Source of the DNA: Candidatus Woesearchaeota archaeon
GTDB lineage: Archaea > Nanobdellota > Nanobdellia > Woesearchaeales > WJKR01
Assembly: GCA_016927245.1 (NCBI GenBank)
Contig: JAFGNA010000022.1
Span: 3,128 to 67,127 of the forward strand
DNA length: 64,000 nucleotides
Reading direction: 5' to 3'
The notes below the pieces were generated by a model. The model was not told the DNA's origin and searched no databases. It was given only the letters and a program-made list of their open reading frames with translations. This document shows, in pieces, positions 1-9,655 of the stretch. Position 1 is the stretch's first letter. Each line of letters begins with the position of its first letter. The translations under genes were made by a program, and so were the position numbers.

Positions 1-252
1 AAGAAACCAAAAGGCATCCTCACGGAGCGGGACATCCTCGGAAAGATCATCGCGGGGGAGCAGGACCCGAAGACCACGCCGGTAGGCGACGTCATGACGA
101 AGAAGGTCATGACAGTAGACGTCAAGACCTCGCTCCTCGACATCAGCAAGATTATGAGCAAGAACGAGCTGCGCAGGGTGCTCGTCGCCGAGGACGGCAA
201 GATGATAGGCATCATCACCTCGCGAGACCTGTTGCAACTCATGGCAGGGTGA
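1..252 (+). CDS. CBS-domain protein, C-terminal fragment (5' end lies outside window)
   Basis: Frame-1 reading from window start to TGA at 250-252; two CBS-like segments (ILGKIIAGEQDP..VGDVMTKKVMTVDV and RRVLVAEDGKMIGIITSRDLL). Confidence 0.55.
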   Translation, partial: KKPKGILTERDILGKIIAGEQDPKTTPVGDVMTKKVMTVDVKTSLLDISKIMSKNELRRVLVAEDGKMIGIITSRDLLQLMAG

Positions 253-256
253 CACG

Positions 257-445
257 ATGGGCAAGAAGAAAGCATGCAGGACGTGCAAGCTGTTCACAGA
301 GGAGGACATCTGCCCCCTCTGCAAGAAATCGAGCTTCACGAACAACTTCCAAGGCAGGATACACTTCCTGGACGTGAAGAAGAGCCTCGTCGCGCACGAG
401 ATGGACGTGACGCTGAACGGCGAGTACGCCATCAAGGTACGCTAG
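257..445 (+). CDS. spt4: Transcription elongation factor Spt4 / RNA polymerase subunit E''
   Basis: 62 aa with zinc ribbon CRTC..CPLC, followed by S24e and S27ae as in the conserved archaeal spt4-rps24e-rps27ae operon. Confidence 0.75.
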   Translation: MGKKKACRTCKLFTEEDICPLCKKSSFTNNFQGRIHFLDVKKSLVAHEMDVTLNGEYAIKVR

Positions 446-450
446 CGTGA

Positions 451-795
451 ATGACAATGGTGACGATAACCAGCAAGGAAGAACAGCCTCTCCTCGGCAG
501 GACGGTCATTAAGGCCACGGCGGAGTTCGAGGGCCCCACGCCTGATAGGAAGAGCATCAGGAAGGACGTGGCGAAGGCGGCGGGAGCCAAGGAGGAAGAG
601 GTCATCATCAGGCGCATCCTCACCGGTCACGGCGGAGGCGCGGTGGAGATAGAGGCAGCGGTGTACAAGGACGCCGCGGACGCGGCGGCGCTCGAGCACA
701 AGAGCATCATCGCCAAGCACGCCGCGAAGAAGCAGAAGGACGGGAACGCTGAGGGAGAGGCAGCCCCGCCAGCCGAGGAGAAGAAGGACGAGTGA
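451..795 (+). CDS. rps24e: 30S ribosomal protein S24e
   Basis: 114 aa, S24e-like N-terminal region (EEQPLLGRTVIKATAEFEGPTPDRKSIRKDVAKAAG) and a K/E-rich tail; sits in the Spt4-S24e-S27ae context. Confidence 0.75.
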   Translation: MTMVTITSKEEQPLLGRTVIKATAEFEGPTPDRKSIRKDVAKAAGAKEEEVIIRRILTGHGGGAVEIEAAVYKDAADAAALEHKSIIAKHAAKKQKDGNAEGEAAPPAEEKKDE

Positions 796-801
796 TGATC
801 T

Positions 802-999
802 ATGGCGGACAAGAAAGCCACGAAGAAGAAGAAGCCGGCGTACACGTACGCGAGCAATTACGAGGTCGCGGGGAGCAACCTCAAGCGCAAAGGCAAGAGC
901 TGCCCCAAGTGCGGCTCTGGCGTGTTCATGGCAGACCACAAAGACCGGTGGACGTGCGGCAAGTGCGGCTACATGGAAAAACGGGCGAAGAAGGAATAG
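802..999 (+). CDS. rps27ae: 30S ribosomal protein S27ae
   Basis: 65 aa, C4 zinc finger CPKCG..CGKCG, basic N-terminus; 7-nt spacing after S24e. Confidence 0.8.
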   Translation: MADKKATKKKKPAYTYASNYEVAGSNLKRKGKSCPKCGSGVFMADHKDRWTCGKCGYMEKRAKKE

Positions 1000-1027
1000 G
1001 GTCCGTGCTTGTTCTCAAAAGCTTTTT

Positions 1028-1420
1028 ATGAGAGGAGCGATTCCCGCGAGGATAACCATGGCGAAACGGAAGCGAGAGGCAGAGCGCAACCCTATCATCA
1101 TCCACGAGCACCCATTACCCGAAGAGTTGTGGGGAGCGGACATCCATAGCGGACCAGGAGAGAGGGATGAGGACAAGTGGTACGTCGCCATCTTCGAGGA
1201 GGGCAAGCAGTTCTACCAGGTCTGCCCTGATGGCAACGTGGTCAAGGGACGCGTGCCTAAGCCGGGGAGGATATCCCTCGAGGATGCGGTGTTCGAGTAC
1301 GACCCGCCGAGGCCTGGCGAGCAGGTCATCGACGCGAACGTCTACTTGCACGACAATGAGATATACCTCGGCCGGTTGCCCACGCGCCTCTGGGAAGGCG
1401 TGTATGAGAAAGAGGATTGA
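1028..1420 (+). CDS. Hypothetical protein (alternative start at MAKRKRE, 1058)
   Basis: 130-aa ORF in the high-GC coding frame, no recognisable motif. Confidence 0.35.
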   Translation: MRGAIPARITMAKRKREAERNPIIIHEHPLPEELWGADIHSGPGERDEDKWYVAIFEEGKQFYQVCPDGNVVKGRVPKPGRISLEDAVFEYDPPRPGEQVIDANVYLHDNEIYLGRLPTRLWEGVYEKED

Positions 1421-1507
1421 CGTGCGCGTTCCTCTCAGCGAGACCCACTTTTAGGAACATTTATTAATCCCTGGTCGTATCATCCCTCTAACGGTTAGGG
1501 GGTTACT

Positions 1508-1741
1508 ATGATGAAAAAGGATGTCATTGAGAAATTAGCAGCGCTCATCACCGCGGCTTTCGGCCTCGTCGCGGCGTTGGCCTGGAACGACACGATAAAG
1601 ATTATCTTCGCCGCTATTTTCGGTGAGCAGAGCACGGTCGGTGCCATGGTCGTCTACGCGGTCATCGTCACCATACTGGCAGTCATCGCGACCATCTGGA
1701 TCGCGAAGGCCGCTGCGAGAGCGCCTAGCAACAAGAAATGA
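1508..1741 (+). CDS. Small membrane protein (2 TM helices)
   Basis: 77 aa, two hydrophobic helices, RBS-like GGGGGT upstream, followed by a T-rich tract. Confidence 0.4.
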   Translation: MMKKDVIEKLAALITAAFGLVAALAWNDTIKIIFAAIFGEQSTVGAMVVYAVIVTILAVIATIWIAKAAARAPSNKK

Positions 1742-1771
1742 AGCCTTTGTTTCTTTTTTTTTCTTTCCCAC

Positions 1772-2491
1772 TTAGCGGCCGTGCACGACTGTTCCTAGGA
1801 ATTCTTGGCCGGCGACCATCTTCTCGAGCTGCTCGTACTGCCCTATGAGCAATGTGAACCCTTTGTACGCGAGTTCCTGCCCTATCCTGCACGCTGCTGG
1901 GTCGAGCGGATAGTTGCCTCCTGATCGCCAGTCATCCCCTACTAATGAGTGCAGCTTGTTCCATGTCATCTCTGGCAGGGGTTCATAGCCGCTAAGCAGT
2001 TCTTTGTCGAACGCGGTGGCCTGCACGTCGAGCACGACGGGGAAGTCCGATATCTTGATGGCACGGTCCGCGTTGAAGCTTTTCGCGAGGAGCATCATGT
2101 CATAATCCGTGCTGGAGCCGGGCAGGGCGCCAGTGGCGAGGTAGACCCTGAAGCCTGCTGGCTGCTTGGCGTGTGGGTCGATGATAAGTTGGGGGCACAA
2201 CTGTTCCTTGAGGATTGGTTTGAGCTTTTCTAGGACGTAGCGCGCGTTAATCTTGGTCACGGCGATGCCGATCTCGTCCCGGGCGTTGTGCAGCTGGTCA
2301 GCGGGCAACATAGGGGCGAAGGTGGCTTCGGCCGCTTCTTGGAGCTGGCGACAGACCTTGCCGCCGCCGATGATGAAGCAGAACTGCTCGTCTGGGTGCT
2401 GCTTGATGAGGGTGGTGAGTCTGTCGATCGCTGCTTGGTCGTACTTGCCATCGGGGTTGAGGATGCTGCCGCCGTACTTGATGATGATCAT
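1772..2491 (-). CDS. Amino-acid kinase family protein, UMP kinase (PyrH)-like
   Basis: IKYGGS N-terminal motif, FIIGGGKVCRQ (GGGKxxR of PyrH), DEIGIAVTKINARYV, GSSTDYDMMLLAKSFNADRAIKISDFPVV; about 239 aa. Isopentenyl phosphate kinase is the alternative. Confidence 0.5.
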   Translation of the reverse strand: MIIIKYGGSILNPDGKYDQAAIDRLTTLIKQHPDEQFCFIIGGGKVCRQLQEAAEATFAPMLPADQLHNARDEIGIAVTKINARYVLEKLKPILKEQLCPQLIIDPHAKQPAGFRVYLATGALPGSSTDYDMMLLAKSFNADRAIKISDFPVVLDVQATAFDKELLSGYEPLPEMTWNKLHSLVGDDWRSGGNYPLDPAACRIGQELAYKGFTLLIGQYEQLEKMVAGQEFLGTVVHGR

Positions 2492-2638
2492 GTGAGGGGG
2501 CAGGATGGCGCGCGTTTATATGCGTTGCGGAGAGAAAAGAAAAAAAATGCGCGCCTCCGAGAAAAAACATGGTGTTGGGGGGTGATGTTTTCGGACAGAG
2601 GCGCGGCGGAGAAAAGAAAAAAATGAAAGGTCGCCCGC

Positions 2639-3709
2639 TCAGCGGACGATTTCGATGCCTAACTCGTGGGAGAGCTGCTGCCTCGCGGCGGCCGCTTCCT
2701 TGGCGGTGGGCTTGCCGAGGATCCAGGGGCTCTTCACGCCGGTGATGATGGTCATCACGGTGAGCTTCCCTTTCATGTCCTCCGCGACGCGGGCGCCCCA
2801 GATGACGTTGGCGTCGTCGTCCATGCTCTCCGTGACGAGCTCGCCTACTTTGGAGATCTCGTCCAGGGTCATGTCAGGGCCGCCGGCGATGTGGATGATG
2901 GCGCCTGAGGATCCTTCGTAGCTGATGTCGAGGAGGGGGTTGCTCAGCGCTCCCTTGACTGCTTCTTCCACGCGGTTGGCTGTGTCGCTCGCGCCGACGC
3001 CGATGGCCGCGACGCCGCCGTCGGTCATGATGGTCTTGACGTCTGCGTAGTCAAGGTTGACTAGGCTGGGGACCGCGATGGTCTCGACGATGCCTTTGAT
3101 CATGGTCGCGATGAGCTCGTTAGCTACGGCGAACGCTTGCTGCACGGGCAGGTTGCCTGCTATCTGGACGAGCCGGTTGTTGTCGATGACGATGACGGTG
3201 TCGCTGACTTTCCTGAGCTGTTGCAGCCCGAACTCGGCTTTGTCTATGCGTGCCCGCTCGATCTTGAAGGGCATGGTGACCGTGCCGATGACGATGCTGC
3301 CAGAGTCCCTGGCGACTTGGGCTACGATGGGGGCTGCGCCGGTGCCGGTGCCGCCGCCCATGCCTGCGCAGACGAAGGCCATGTCAGCGTCCTTCATGCT
3401 TTCTTTGATTATCTGGATGCTTTCTTGCGCCGCTTCTGCTCCTTTCTCTGGGAAGCCGCCGCAGCCTAGGCCTCGGGTGACGTCCTTGCCGATGAGGAAT
3501 TTCCTGTCTGATTCCACCATCCTGAGGTGTTGCTGGTCGGTGTTGCAGGCGATAATCTCGGCTCCTTGTATGCCTTTCATGTAGAGCCAGTTGACCATGT
3601 TGGTTCCTGCTCCGCCGACACCGATGACCTTGATGTTGGCCTGCCCTACTTCGACGCCTTCGAAGGCGTTCGCGTTCTGTTGCTTCGCGTTGTCCACGAT
3701 GAAGTCCAT
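2639..3709 (-). CDS. ftsZ: Cell division GTPase FtsZ (ORF extends to 3817; MDFIVDN at 3709 is the likely start)
   Basis: GVGGAGTNMVN, GLGCGGFPEKG, tubulin signature GMGGGTGTGAAP. Confidence 0.9.
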   Translation of the reverse strand: MDFIVDNAKQQNANAFEGVEVGQANIKVIGVGGAGTNMVNWLYMKGIQGAEIIACNTDQQHLRMVESDRKFLIGKDVTRGLGCGGFPEKGAEAAQESIQIIKESMKDADMAFVCAGMGGGTGTGAAPIVAQVARDSGSIVIGTVTMPFKIERARIDKAEFGLQQLRKVSDTVIVIDNNRLVQIAGNLPVQQAFAVANELIATMIKGIVETIAVPSLVNLDYADVKTIMTDGGVAAIGVGASDTANRVEEAVKGALSNPLLDISYEGSSGAIIHIAGGPDMTLDEISKVGELVTESMDDDANVIWGARVAEDMKGKLTVMTIITGVKSPWILGKPTAKEAAAARQQLSHELGIEIVR

Positions 3710-3925
3710 CTTCTTCGTACCCCCTATTGGTTGTTGCGCTAGTGTTGGTCTGAGAACAACGCGCTTGTTGTCGTTGTCGCACCCACCAAACCCAGGATTT
3801 TTTCTCCCTTGCCACAAGGGTCAGGAAGGTTAAAACCCCTCTTGGTATACAAGATTGCTGAGCTCATATATAAATATTGTTGGGTTTTTATAGTGCATAC
3901 TAGAAAATTATTTTCTATGTGGAAA

Positions 3926-4453
3926 TTATTGCTCGTACAGGATGACTTTCTTGCCGGGGTAGAGGCCCATACTGCTCATCTGGTTGTACTGGTCGGGGTC
4001 GAGCGTGAGGTGAATGATGTTGAAGCCGTAGGTCTCCTTGGCTTGCAACGCGGCCGTCCTGATGAGTTCTTGGTCTATATGGGTACCCATGATGAGGAGG
4101 TTGGCCTTGGTGCGTTCCTCCTTGCCATGAAGCACCACCATAGTGATGTTCGGGTCTTGTTTGATGGCCTCCACGAACTCCTGGACCGCCGATTTCCTGT
4201 CTGCGAGGATGTCTGCGAGGAATTCCGCGTCCTCATGCAGGCGGTAGAACTTGAACTTCTTGACCCGGTGCTCTTTGATGAGTTCGAGCTTGAGGAGCCG
4301 CTGCACCACCCTGTAGGTGCTTGCTGGTGGCACTTTCGCCCGTTTCGCGATCTCTCGCAAGTAGAATTCCTGGTCTGGGTTGTTGATGAAGAGTCGGAGG
4401 ACCTTGAGGAGTTGCCGGTCGAGGAGGTCTTCGAGCACTTGGCGTTTGTCCAT
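3926..4453 (-). CDS. Winged-helix transcriptional regulator with C-terminal alpha/beta domain
   Basis: N-terminal wHTH-like LKVLRLFINNPDQEFYLREIAKRAKVPPASTYRVVQRL; TATA-like tctatataaa about 25 nt upstream, and dyad-symmetric elements further upstream. Confidence 0.5.
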   Translation of the reverse strand: MDKRQVLEDLLDRQLLKVLRLFINNPDQEFYLREIAKRAKVPPASTYRVVQRLLKLELIKEHRVKKFKFYRLHEDAEFLADILADRKSAVQEFVEAIKQDPNITMVVLHGKEERTKANLLIMGTHIDQELIRTAALQAKETYGFNIIHLTLDPDQYNQMSSMGLYPGKKVILYEQ

Positions 4454-4469
4454 CGGATTCTTTGCGGAG

Positions 4470-4555
4470 GAGGCTTCTATATAAACATTTCTATTTTTTG
4501 GAACATTGTTCCATTAAAGAAATATTGTTTCATTTTAGAAACAATAATATTCAGA
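4470..4555. promoter_or_regulatory. Promoter/operator region of the wHTH gene: TATA box plus two dyad-symmetric elements
   Basis: tctatataaacattt (TATA); ggaaca-t-tgttcc palindrome; inverted repeat aatattgtttc...gaaacaataatatt. Confidence 0.4.
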
Positions 4556-5020
4556 AGGACCTTGTGGTGGAAGAAGCAGAAACCATAGCGACGCAAAAGG
4601 AGAAAAGCGCCCCGCCGAGAAGGTACTGTTGAGGTGGTGGTGGGAAACAAGCGCGATCCGGCGGGGCGCGTGAAAGGGAGGTGACCGGTGCCCCCGCAAA
4701 AGGTGGGTGAGGTGGTGTGTGAGGTGGTGTGGCATGATAGAATCTTGCCGCAAGAGCACCGGTCGTGTTGATGAGCGGATGGTCGAGACCACCTTTGTCG
4801 TCACCAACAAGTAACAGTATATGTGAGGACTTCTATAAATACTTTTCGGTTTTTGAGTACTTTTTAGTAACAACAATGATTATGTGGTAAGTCGCCCGCC
4901 CCACCCATGCAACCGCAAAACAGAAGATTCCAAAGAAATCCTTGCACACCCTTAAGAGAGCAAAAACGCTCAACACAAGAGCACCCTTCTGCAATGACTC
5001 CTCCATGAATAGTTCAAGAG

Positions 5021-6787
5021 CTAGCCACGCCCCCGCTGCCGCTCATACGCAGTCTCGACCATGGACAACGTCGTCAAGTCCTCCACGCCGCGATCAGGCC
5101 GCAGCTTCACGAACCGTGGGAACCGTAACGCGTACCCCGACGTGTACGAAGGTGATTTCTGGATCTCCTCGAACTTGACCTCGACGACCACTTCAGGCCG
5201 CACCACAACGTCACGGCCGGAAGCGGACCGGATCAGCGGCTTCAAGCGCTCAGTCATCCCATCGAACGTGACCGCATCGCCTGACACGGCCTCCTCCTTC
5301 TCCTTGATACCCGTGCCGAACCTGCCGATAGTGACGAGTTCCTCTTGCTGTTCATCAAAGCACGCCACCGTGTAAGACGTGAGCCAGCCGCTCCGCTTGC
5401 CAGTCCCCCACTCCGCACCGACGATGACCAGGTCGAGCGTGTCCATCACCGGCTTGAGCTTAATCATCGTACCCACGCGCGAACCAGGTTGATAAGGGGC
5501 ATCGAGCTTCTTCAACATGACCCCCTCATTACCCGCGGCGAGCGACTCCTTATAGAACTCCTCAGCCTCCGCAACCTCGCCCGTGACCACCCGGGGCATA
5601 ACGACCACGTGCTGCGGCCGCTCCCTGACTATCCGCTCGACGAGCGCTCGTCGCTCAAAGAACGGCCTATCCAAGCACTCCTCGCCATCATAAAAAAGGA
5701 TGTCGAAGACAGCCAGCTCGACGGGCAGCTTCTTCTTCAGCGTCTCAATGTCATATTTCCGCCGGATGCGCTGGCTGATGTCCTGGAATGGCCGGTACTT
5801 CTTGGTACGAGGATCATAGCCCGCCGCTTCAGCGTCAATAATGAATTCCCTCCCGACGACGCGCTCTCGAACGACCTCTACCACGTCAGGGAACTGCTCA
5901 GTAACCTCTTCCAGACGACGAGTAAACAACCTAATATCGCCCTCCGAGGACTTGTGCACCTGGACCCGGAAGCCATCCATTTTGTACTCAACAGCACAAG
6001 GCTTACCCACACGCTCGAACCCCTCCTCGAAATCGATGACCTTCTGCGCCAGCATGACCTTCAACGGCTTGCCCGGCACGACGGAAACCTCTCTGAGGCC
6101 AGAGGCACCCTGCTCCTGGGCGATCCTGGCAACGAGCACGAAGTCGTTCGAGCGGTCCAAGGCCGCCCGCAGCTCAGGGAACCCATTGACCGGCTCGCCG
6201 TCCTTGAGCAGAGCGTTCTTCTCCTCGTCGTAGGTGTAGTCCTTGACGAGATAAGCCCACCCAATGGCATCCCTGAGCGTCCCCTCGGCGATGCCGACGC
6301 GCAAGTCGCCGATGGCGCTACGGACGACGTAACGGGCCTCGACGCCCTTGGCAGAGGAGAGGAGCTGCGCGACGAGCTTCACCTTGGTGCCCATCGCGCC
6401 CTTCCCCTCGCTGGAAGCCACCTTGCGCAGATTGTCAAAGACAGCCTTGACCGTCAAGTCCTCGGAGAACAGGGTCGACTGGGACTTCTTCTCCAATAAC
6501 GACTCAGCCACCCGGCCGATATCGCCCAGATCCCGCCACGTATCAATCACCTGCCGCTCAGAGGCGCCAGACGACGCGGCGATGGCCTTGACCAATAATT
6601 TCTCAGACAGGCCGAGGACGCGCTTGTCCCACAACGGGAAGACCCGTCCCTGCAAGAGCAAGATGACCCGCTCCAGCTCAGCGGCAGGCGTCCCCTGCAA
6701 GAAATCAGCCAGCAAAGCCGTCTTCTCCAAGCGCTTGGAGGTGTTCGACAGGGCATCGTAGACGGCGGCGAGCTTCTCGTAGTCCAT
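5021..6787 (-). CDS. lig: ATP-dependent DNA ligase (ORF extends to 6835; MDYEKLAAVYD at 6787 is the likely start)
   Basis: Adenylation motif EYKMDGFR (KxDG), LVAQLLSSAKGVEARYVVRSAIGDLRVGIAEGTLRDAIG, archaeal/eukaryotic Lig1 family, about 590 aa. Confidence 0.9.
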   Translation of the reverse strand: MDYEKLAAVYDALSNTSKRLEKTALLADFLQGTPAAELERVILLLQGRVFPLWDKRVLGLSEKLLVKAIAASSGASERQVIDTWRDLGDIGRVAESLLEKKSQSTLFSEDLTVKAVFDNLRKVASSEGKGAMGTKVKLVAQLLSSAKGVEARYVVRSAIGDLRVGIAEGTLRDAIGWAYLVKDYTYDEEKNALLKDGEPVNGFPELRAALDRSNDFVLVARIAQEQGASGLREVSVVPGKPLKVMLAQKVIDFEEGFERVGKPCAVEYKMDGFRVQVHKSSEGDIRLFTRRLEEVTEQFPDVVEVVRERVVGREFIIDAEAAGYDPRTKKYRPFQDISQRIRRKYDIETLKKKLPVELAVFDILFYDGEECLDRPFFERRALVERIVRERPQHVVVMPRVVTGEVAEAEEFYKESLAAGNEGVMLKKLDAPYQPGSRVGTMIKLKPVMDTLDLVIVGAEWGTGKRSGWLTSYTVACFDEQQEELVTIGRFGTGIKEKEEAVSGDAVTFDGMTERLKPLIRSASGRDVVVRPEVVVEVKFEEIQKSPSYTSGYALRFPRFVKLRPDRGVEDLTTLSMVETAYERQRGRG

Positions 6788-6886
6788 AGCAGAAATAGAG
6801 GAAGCACCCCTTAAAATAGTTATGCGTACAGCCAAGATTGCAGCCTAGGCAAAAACTATTAATAGAAGAAAATTCCTGATGTTCAT

Positions 6887-7456
6887 ATGAAACAAGTCAT
6901 CACATTCTTCCTGCTCATCACGATGAGCACCTCCTTCGTATCAGCGGACGTTACTGTGCCAGGGACAAAAGCCATCGACTATTGTACTCGCATCACAAAC
7001 GCTGACAGTTTCCCTGATTACTACATCGTCGGCGTAGTGGCAGGGCCTATGAACTGGCAAGCGACTATCCTGCACGACAACGAGTGCTTTGGCATCGGCT
7101 ATAAGTTCAACAGCGGCGCGTACTACGCAGTCAAGAAGACCGAAGCCTACCGATTGGACGAAATCAACCTCGCAGAAAGTGACTGGAGGGAAGCCCAGCC
7201 AGCCTTGGAGCGACTCATCAATGAAGGCGTGCTCGAACCAATCCCCATCAAAATCAACAGGGTCTTGCGCACAAAGATGACCAACCCCAAGACCGGTGTG
7301 ACGGACACCCACACACTCACCCTTGAAGATGGAGTGTTCACCGCAAAAACCCGACGGACAACGACGTACGCACCAAGATACATTGCCCTACCAATTATCT
7401 CCCTCATCGCGATAGCACTCATCATCCTCGAGCTGCGACGGAGGAAACGGCAATGA
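6887..7456 (+). CDS. Secreted/anchored hypothetical protein (signal peptide plus C-terminal TM and RRRKRQ tail)
   Basis: N-terminal hydrophobic signal, C-terminal TM helix with a basic tail; RBS-like context. Confidence 0.4.
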   Translation: MKQVITFFLLITMSTSFVSADVTVPGTKAIDYCTRITNADSFPDYYIVGVVAGPMNWQATILHDNECFGIGYKFNSGAYYAVKKTEAYRLDEINLAESDWREAQPALERLINEGVLEPIPIKINRVLRTKMTNPKTGVTDTHTLTLEDGVFTAKTRRTTTYAPRYIALPIISLIAIALIILELRRRKRQ

Positions 7457-7803
7457 GCAACTTCCTCTATGACTTCTTCATGCCTATAGCATTGCCAATC
7501 ATCATCGGATACCTCACAGAGGCAAGCGTCTTCAGGATCACGACCAAAGCACGATGGAAACAGGTGTTCTGGTATGCGCTCATCATCAATGCTGCCACGA
7601 TGCCGCTGGCGAACCTGCTCGTCGGAGCGATTGCCAGCCCGGCAGGCTTCCTCATGGCAGAAGCATTCGCCATCATCGCAGAAATATTCTTCATTAAATA
7701 CTTGTTCGAACAGCGGTGGGGTAAGAGCATTCTCATCAGCGTTGTCGCGAACGTGCTGTCAGCAGTACTTGGTTTCATCCTCTCACTCTCCTGGCTGTTC
7801 TAG
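7453..7803 (+). CDS. Hypothetical polytopic membrane protein
   Basis: 116 aa, 4 hydrophobic segments; ATGA start overlap with the upstream gene. Confidence 0.4.
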   Translation: MSNFLYDFFMPIALPIIIGYLTEASVFRITTKARWKQVFWYALIINAATMPLANLLVGAIASPAGFLMAEAFAIIAEIFFIKYLFEQRWGKSILISVVANVLSAVLGFILSLSWLF

Positions 7804-7868
7804 AAAGCCGAGAGAAATTCTGTCCCGATGGCACAAACTATATAAAAAACGGCTTCGTCCATGCTCCC

Positions 7869-8927
7869 ATGGGGTTGTTCGACGACGTCCTGAAAGGCAA
7901 CGAATCCTTGATCAAGAACGAGGACGCTCTAGACTACGAGTTCCTGCCAAAGCTCCTCCCATACCGCGAGCAGGAGCAACGATACCTGGCCGCGTGCATC
8001 AAGCCGTTGTTCCAGAAGCGCTCCGGCAGGAACCTCCTCATCCACGGCCCGCCAGGCATCGGGAAGACCGCGGCGGCGAGGTTCGTCCTGCGCGACCTCG
8101 AGGAGGAGACGGATGACATCCACGCCGTCTACGTGAACTGCTGGCAGAAGAACACGACGTACAAGGTCCTCCTCGAGGTCTGCGACCAGGTCGGGTACAA
8201 GTTCACCCAGAACAAGAAGACGACCGAGCTCATGGACGTGGCGCAGCGCATCATCAACAAGTCAGCGGCGGTGTTCGTCTTCGACGAGATCGACAAGGCA
8301 GAGGACTTCGACTTCCTCTACTTCGTCCTCGAAGAGGTCTATCACAAGGCAGTCTTCCTCCTCACCAATTACCGGAGCTGGCTCGTGGAATTGGACGAGC
8401 GCATCAAGAGCAGGCTCACCCCTGAGTTGGTCGAGTTCAAGCAGTACAACGCGGCGGAGACCAAAGGCATCATGGAAGAGCGCAGGGACTACGCATTCCC
8501 TGATGGCGTGTGGGACGAGAAGGCATTCGCGAGCGTGGTGCAGAAGACCGCGCAGCTCAAGGACATCCGTTCAGGATTGTTCCTGATGCGCGAGGCCGCC
8601 CTGCAGGCGGAGGAGCGGAGCGAGAAGCGCATCGGGGAGTCGCACGTCATCGTCGCGGTGAAGAAGCTCGACGACTTCACGGTCAAGAACAGCGCTGAGC
8701 TGGCGGCTGACGAGCAGCTCATCCTTCAAGCGGTGAAGGAGCACTCAGGGAGCAAGATAGGGGACTTGTTCAAGCACTACCAGAAGCAGGGCGGCGCCGC
8801 CAGCTACAAGACGTTCCAGCGCAAGATCAAGAAGCTCGAGGAAGGCAAGTTCATCGATGTGGAGAAGACCATGGGCGGCGCCGAGGGCAACACGACCATC
8901 GTGAACAGGAAACTCACTGATTTCTGA
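7869..8927 (+). CDS. cdc6: Orc1/Cdc6 replication initiator
   Basis: Walker A LLIHGPPGIGKTAAARFV, Walker B VFVFDEID, C-terminal winged helix; TATA actatataaaaaac upstream. Confidence 0.9.
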   Translation: MGLFDDVLKGNESLIKNEDALDYEFLPKLLPYREQEQRYLAACIKPLFQKRSGRNLLIHGPPGIGKTAAARFVLRDLEEETDDIHAVYVNCWQKNTTYKVLLEVCDQVGYKFTQNKKTTELMDVAQRIINKSAAVFVFDEIDKAEDFDFLYFVLEEVYHKAVFLLTNYRSWLVELDERIKSRLTPELVEFKQYNAAETKGIMEERRDYAFPDGVWDEKAFASVVQKTAQLKDIRSGLFLMREAALQAEERSEKRIGESHVIVAVKKLDDFTVKNSAELAADEQLILQAVKEHSGSKIGDLFKHYQKQGGAASYKTFQRKIKKLEEGKFIDVEKTMGGAEGNTTIVNRKLTDF

Positions 8928-9038
8928 ACCGGCCCGCGAGAACGCATCCCTGATGAAGGACGAGCAGGAACCAACAACAACATTTATAAAGCCTCATCTG
9001 TTCCTCGGCACAACCCCTCACGAGGAGGTTGTCATCCC

Positions 9039-9443
9039 ATGGCAGACATCAAGCACAAGTCCGCAGGCACCATGCAGAAAGGCAACTATGTCGTCATCGA
9101 CGGCGTCGCGTCCATCGTCACCGACGTGAAGATCAGCCGTCCCGGGAAGCACGGCCACGCCAAGGTCAACCTCACCGCCGTCGGCATGCTCGACGACAAG
9201 AAACGGAACATCGTCGTCCCTGGCCATGACAACCTCGAAGTGCCCATCATCGAGAAGAAGAACGCCCAGGTCCTCTCCGTCACGGGGGAGACGTGCAACG
9301 TGATGGAAATGGAGACATACGAGACCTTCGACCTCAAGATCCCGGGCGAGCTCAAGGGACAAGTCGCGGAGGGGCAGACCGTGGTGTACTGGTCCATCCT
9401 GAACGACCGGGTGCTCAAGCAGATCAAGAACGAGGGCGAATGA
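9039..9443 (+). CDS. eif5a: Translation initiation factor 5A
   Basis: Hypusination loop SRPGKHGHAK, 134 aa. Confidence 0.9.
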   Translation: MADIKHKSAGTMQKGNYVVIDGVASIVTDVKISRPGKHGHAKVNLTAVGMLDDKKRNIVVPGHDNLEVPIIEKKNAQVLSVTGETCNVMEMETYETFDLKIPGELKGQVAEGQTVVYWSILNDRVLKQIKNEGE

Positions 9444-9444
9444 G

Positions 9445-9606
9445 ATGGCGAAGTTCCCAGAAGCAGAGGCGCGAATGTTCAAGAACATGTTCGTGTGCCG
9501 CAAGTGCAAGTCAAGGATCAGGACGACCAACCTCCGCGTCCTCGCAGGCAAGACCTCTTGCCGGAAGTGCGGCGGCAAGGCATTGAAGCCGGTCAGGAAG
9601 AAGTAA
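9445..9606 (+). CDS. rpl40e: 50S ribosomal protein L40e (absent from the ORF track, under 60 aa)
   Basis: Hand-translated: MAKFPEAEARMFKNMFVCRKCKSRIRTTNLRVLAGKTSCRKCGGKALKPVRKK; C4 zinc ribbon; starts 2 nt after the eif5a stop. Confidence 0.8.
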   Translation: MAKFPEAEARMFKNMFVCRKCKSRIRTTNLRVLAGKTSCRKCGGKALKPVRKK

Positions 9607-9655
9607 TCTCCGTTCTTAGAAACATTTATAAAAGCGCTGCTCTCGTAGCGCTCCT

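Noticed and set aside
2492-2638. Direct repeats gagaaaagaaaaaaaatg (x2) between pyrH-like gene and ftsZ as a possible repeat element
   Set aside because: Read on the minus strand they are simply two oligo-T terminator-like tracts downstream of ftsZ, with no further copies, so not a CRISPR or mobile repeat.
6836-9038. Replication origin with ORB repeats adjacent to orc1/cdc6 and lig
   Set aside because: The intergenic regions flanking cdc6 (7804-7868, 8928-9038) are short and show no repeated ORB-like motifs or AT-rich unwinding element; the origin is probably elsewhere.
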